DNA of 64,000 nt, taken from IMG/VR virus record IMGVR_UViG_3300048890_000135; one strand, given 5' to 3'. The stretch comes from an uncultured virus (IMG/VR IMGVR_UViG_3300048890_000135) (Duplodnaviria > Heunggongvirae > Uroviricota > Caudoviricetes). The notes beneath the pieces were generated by a model. That model was not told the origin of the DNA. It saw nothing but the letters and a program-made list of their open reading frames with translations, and did no database searches. The translations under genes and the position numbers were made by a program. Positions 62,487 to 64,000 of the stretch are shown one piece after another (position 1 is the stretch's first letter; the number at the start of each line of letters is the position of its first letter).

Positions 62487-64000
62487 CACGGTCGCAGCCG
62501 CGATCCTGGCCCTTCCTGCGGAAGGCGGCCGGATCTACGTTAAGCAGGGCACTTACCCGCTGACGCTCACGAACACTTTGCCGGACAAGCCGGTGGATAT
62601 CATCGGCTCTGGTGATGGGACGATCTTCGACTTGGGCGCGAATGCGATCTCCGCCTTCACGATCCCCAACGGACTGACGGCGCAGAGAGCCTATAGCTTC
62701 CAGCATTTCAAGGTTATCGGGACATCGGTCGCCAACCAGCGATTCCTGAGTGTCGAGGACGCAAACGCCTTCGGACAACCCACGATCAAGAGTGTCCGGA
62801 CGGAGGGGGTCCAGGTCCCGATCGACGTGGTTGATGCGGATGAAAACGTTCTGAACGCTCTCTACATCAATGTCTACGATTCGTGGTTCGTCCCCATTGC
62901 GGATGGAAGCGGCGTCCTTTGTAGGGACAATACCGGCGGATTGCTCGTAAGCGCCTCGTTCTACGGCACGAGATTTATTGTTGACGAGTTCAGCGCCGTC
63001 GGAGGCACGATCGGCGGTGACACGTTCGGCGCACTCGACGCCAGCTTCTACGATTGCAGCGTTTCCTACACGGGCGAAGACGGCCTGGGGACGATCCATG
63101 CTGAGCGGTCCCGCTTCTTTAACTTCAGCGGGACGCCCCAGATCATCTTCATGTTCGGCCAGTTCGCGGCCGGCGACGAATACACCACGACGACGCACTT
63201 CATAAACTGCGATGTGCTGGGACTATGGTTCATCGAAACCGCGGGCATGAACGTCACGGGTGGCTGGTGGGTAAATGATCGGATCGAAACGGGAGGAAAC
63301 AACACCAGGTCCGCGTTCGTGGGCGTCGCGTTCCATGGGGAGGTCACTTCTCCTGCGGTTTTCCCGGTTTCTGGGGGCATCACCGCATTCTTCGGAACCG
63401 CTGGCGGAGACGTCAGCATTGAGGGCTGCACGTTCTCGGCCACCGGCGGTGGAATCACGGCGTACATCTATACCAGCTCCGACTTCGTGATCAAGGGATG
63501 CGCCTTCCGTGGCCTCTCTGCGGCCTCGACGGCGGGCATCCGGTTCAACGGACCAAACAACTTCGTCCTCGGCTGCGACTTCGACACGGACAACTGGGGT
63601 TGTCCTCCAATTCTCGAAGTTGGAATCAATGCGGACCGGAACGTCTACAACGACTGTCTCGGCCTCAACGGCAACCCCAATCCGCTTATCGGTGGTGCCG
63701 GAGTCGCTTCCGTCTTCGTCGGTGTCCGAAACACCTTTAACGGACTTTCGCAGTTCCGGACCACCGGAGCGACAGTAAACGCCTTCACTACGATCACTAA
63801 TCAGCTCGCCACTAGCGGCGTTCAGGGAATCGGCACGATCAAGAATACCGGCGTAAACGGCATGAACGTTCGGGAGACGGGCGTCGACCAGTTCGGAGTG
63901 ACGAGCACCGTGACCACCCTGGTGGCCGCGGGCGGCGACTTACGCCTCGATCCAACGAACAACGTAGGTACCGCGCGGCCGCCCTACACCCGGTACTCAA
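62266..64000 (+). CDS. Second tailspike / receptor-binding paralog (runs off window end)
   Basis: Same first ~74 codons as 60150 gene, then divergent beta-helix-like sequence; absent from ORF track, consistent with no stop before window end. Confidence 0.75.
   Translation, partial: MSFPETQIKGSILVGSSVAGAASMTPLPVGPDGQVLTADSTQPTGLKWAPAGAGSDIYAATRVVSLIAGDGTDLTVAAAILALPAEGGRIYVKQGTYPLTLTNTLPDKPVDIIGSGDGTIFDLGANAISAFTIPNGLTAQRAYSFQHFKVIGTSVANQRFLSVEDANAFGQPTIKSVRTEGVQVPIDVVDADENVLNALYINVYDSWFVPIADGSGVLCRDNTGGLLVSASFYGTRFIVDEFSAVGGTIGGDTFGALDASFYDCSVSYTGEDGLGTIHAERSRFFNFSGTPQIIFMFGQFAAGDEYTTTTHFINCDVLGLWFIETAGMNVTGGWWVNDRIETGGNNTRSAFVGVAFHGEVTSPAVFPVSGGITAFFGTAGGDVSIEGCTFSATGGGITAYIYTSSDFVIKGCAFRGLSAASTAGIRFNGPNNFVLGCDFDTDNWGCPPILEVGINADRNVYNDCLGLNGNPNPLIGGAGVASVFVGVRNTFNGLSQFRTTGATVNAFTTITNQLATSGVQGIGTIKNTGVNGMNVRETGVDQFGVTSTVTTLVAAGGDLRLDPTNNVGTARPPYTRYS

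Noticed and set aside
1..64000. CRISPR array
   Set aside because: No regularly spaced repeats with unique spacers and no cas genes seen.

Overview
This window is a gene-dense, GC-rich segment that is most likely from a large bacteriophage. No capsid, portal or terminase gene is recognisable here, so that assignment is an inference. 1-43 kb: mostly small + strand hypothetical genes, plus a fatty-acid hydroxylase, DEDD exonuclease, ART-like protein, AAA+ and GHKL ATPases, Mom-like acetyltransferase, SF2 helicase, Gp88-like protein, aspartic protease, HerA-like ATPase, J-domain protein, PolX, Csp, ThyX and two PP-loop/PAPS-reductase-like enzymes. Six sigma70-type promoters share a GTATAC-N3-GTATAC operator. 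43.4-52.6 kb: a translation island with 45 tRNA genes (all 20 amino acids, 42 anticodons), a raiA-motif RNA, several unassigned structured RNAs, thioredoxin, an HNH nuclease and tmRNA. 55-64 kb: tail/receptor-binding genes sharing N-terminal modules. Top finding: the tRNA array follows a promoter, a 53-codon leader ORF and mutually exclusive antiterminator/terminator hairpins. Leader codons 2-32 are all different, and the leader samples 36 of the array's 42 anticodons. This looks like a ribosome-dependent attenuator that turns on the tRNA array when almost any tRNA runs short. All calls were made by eye without database searches.
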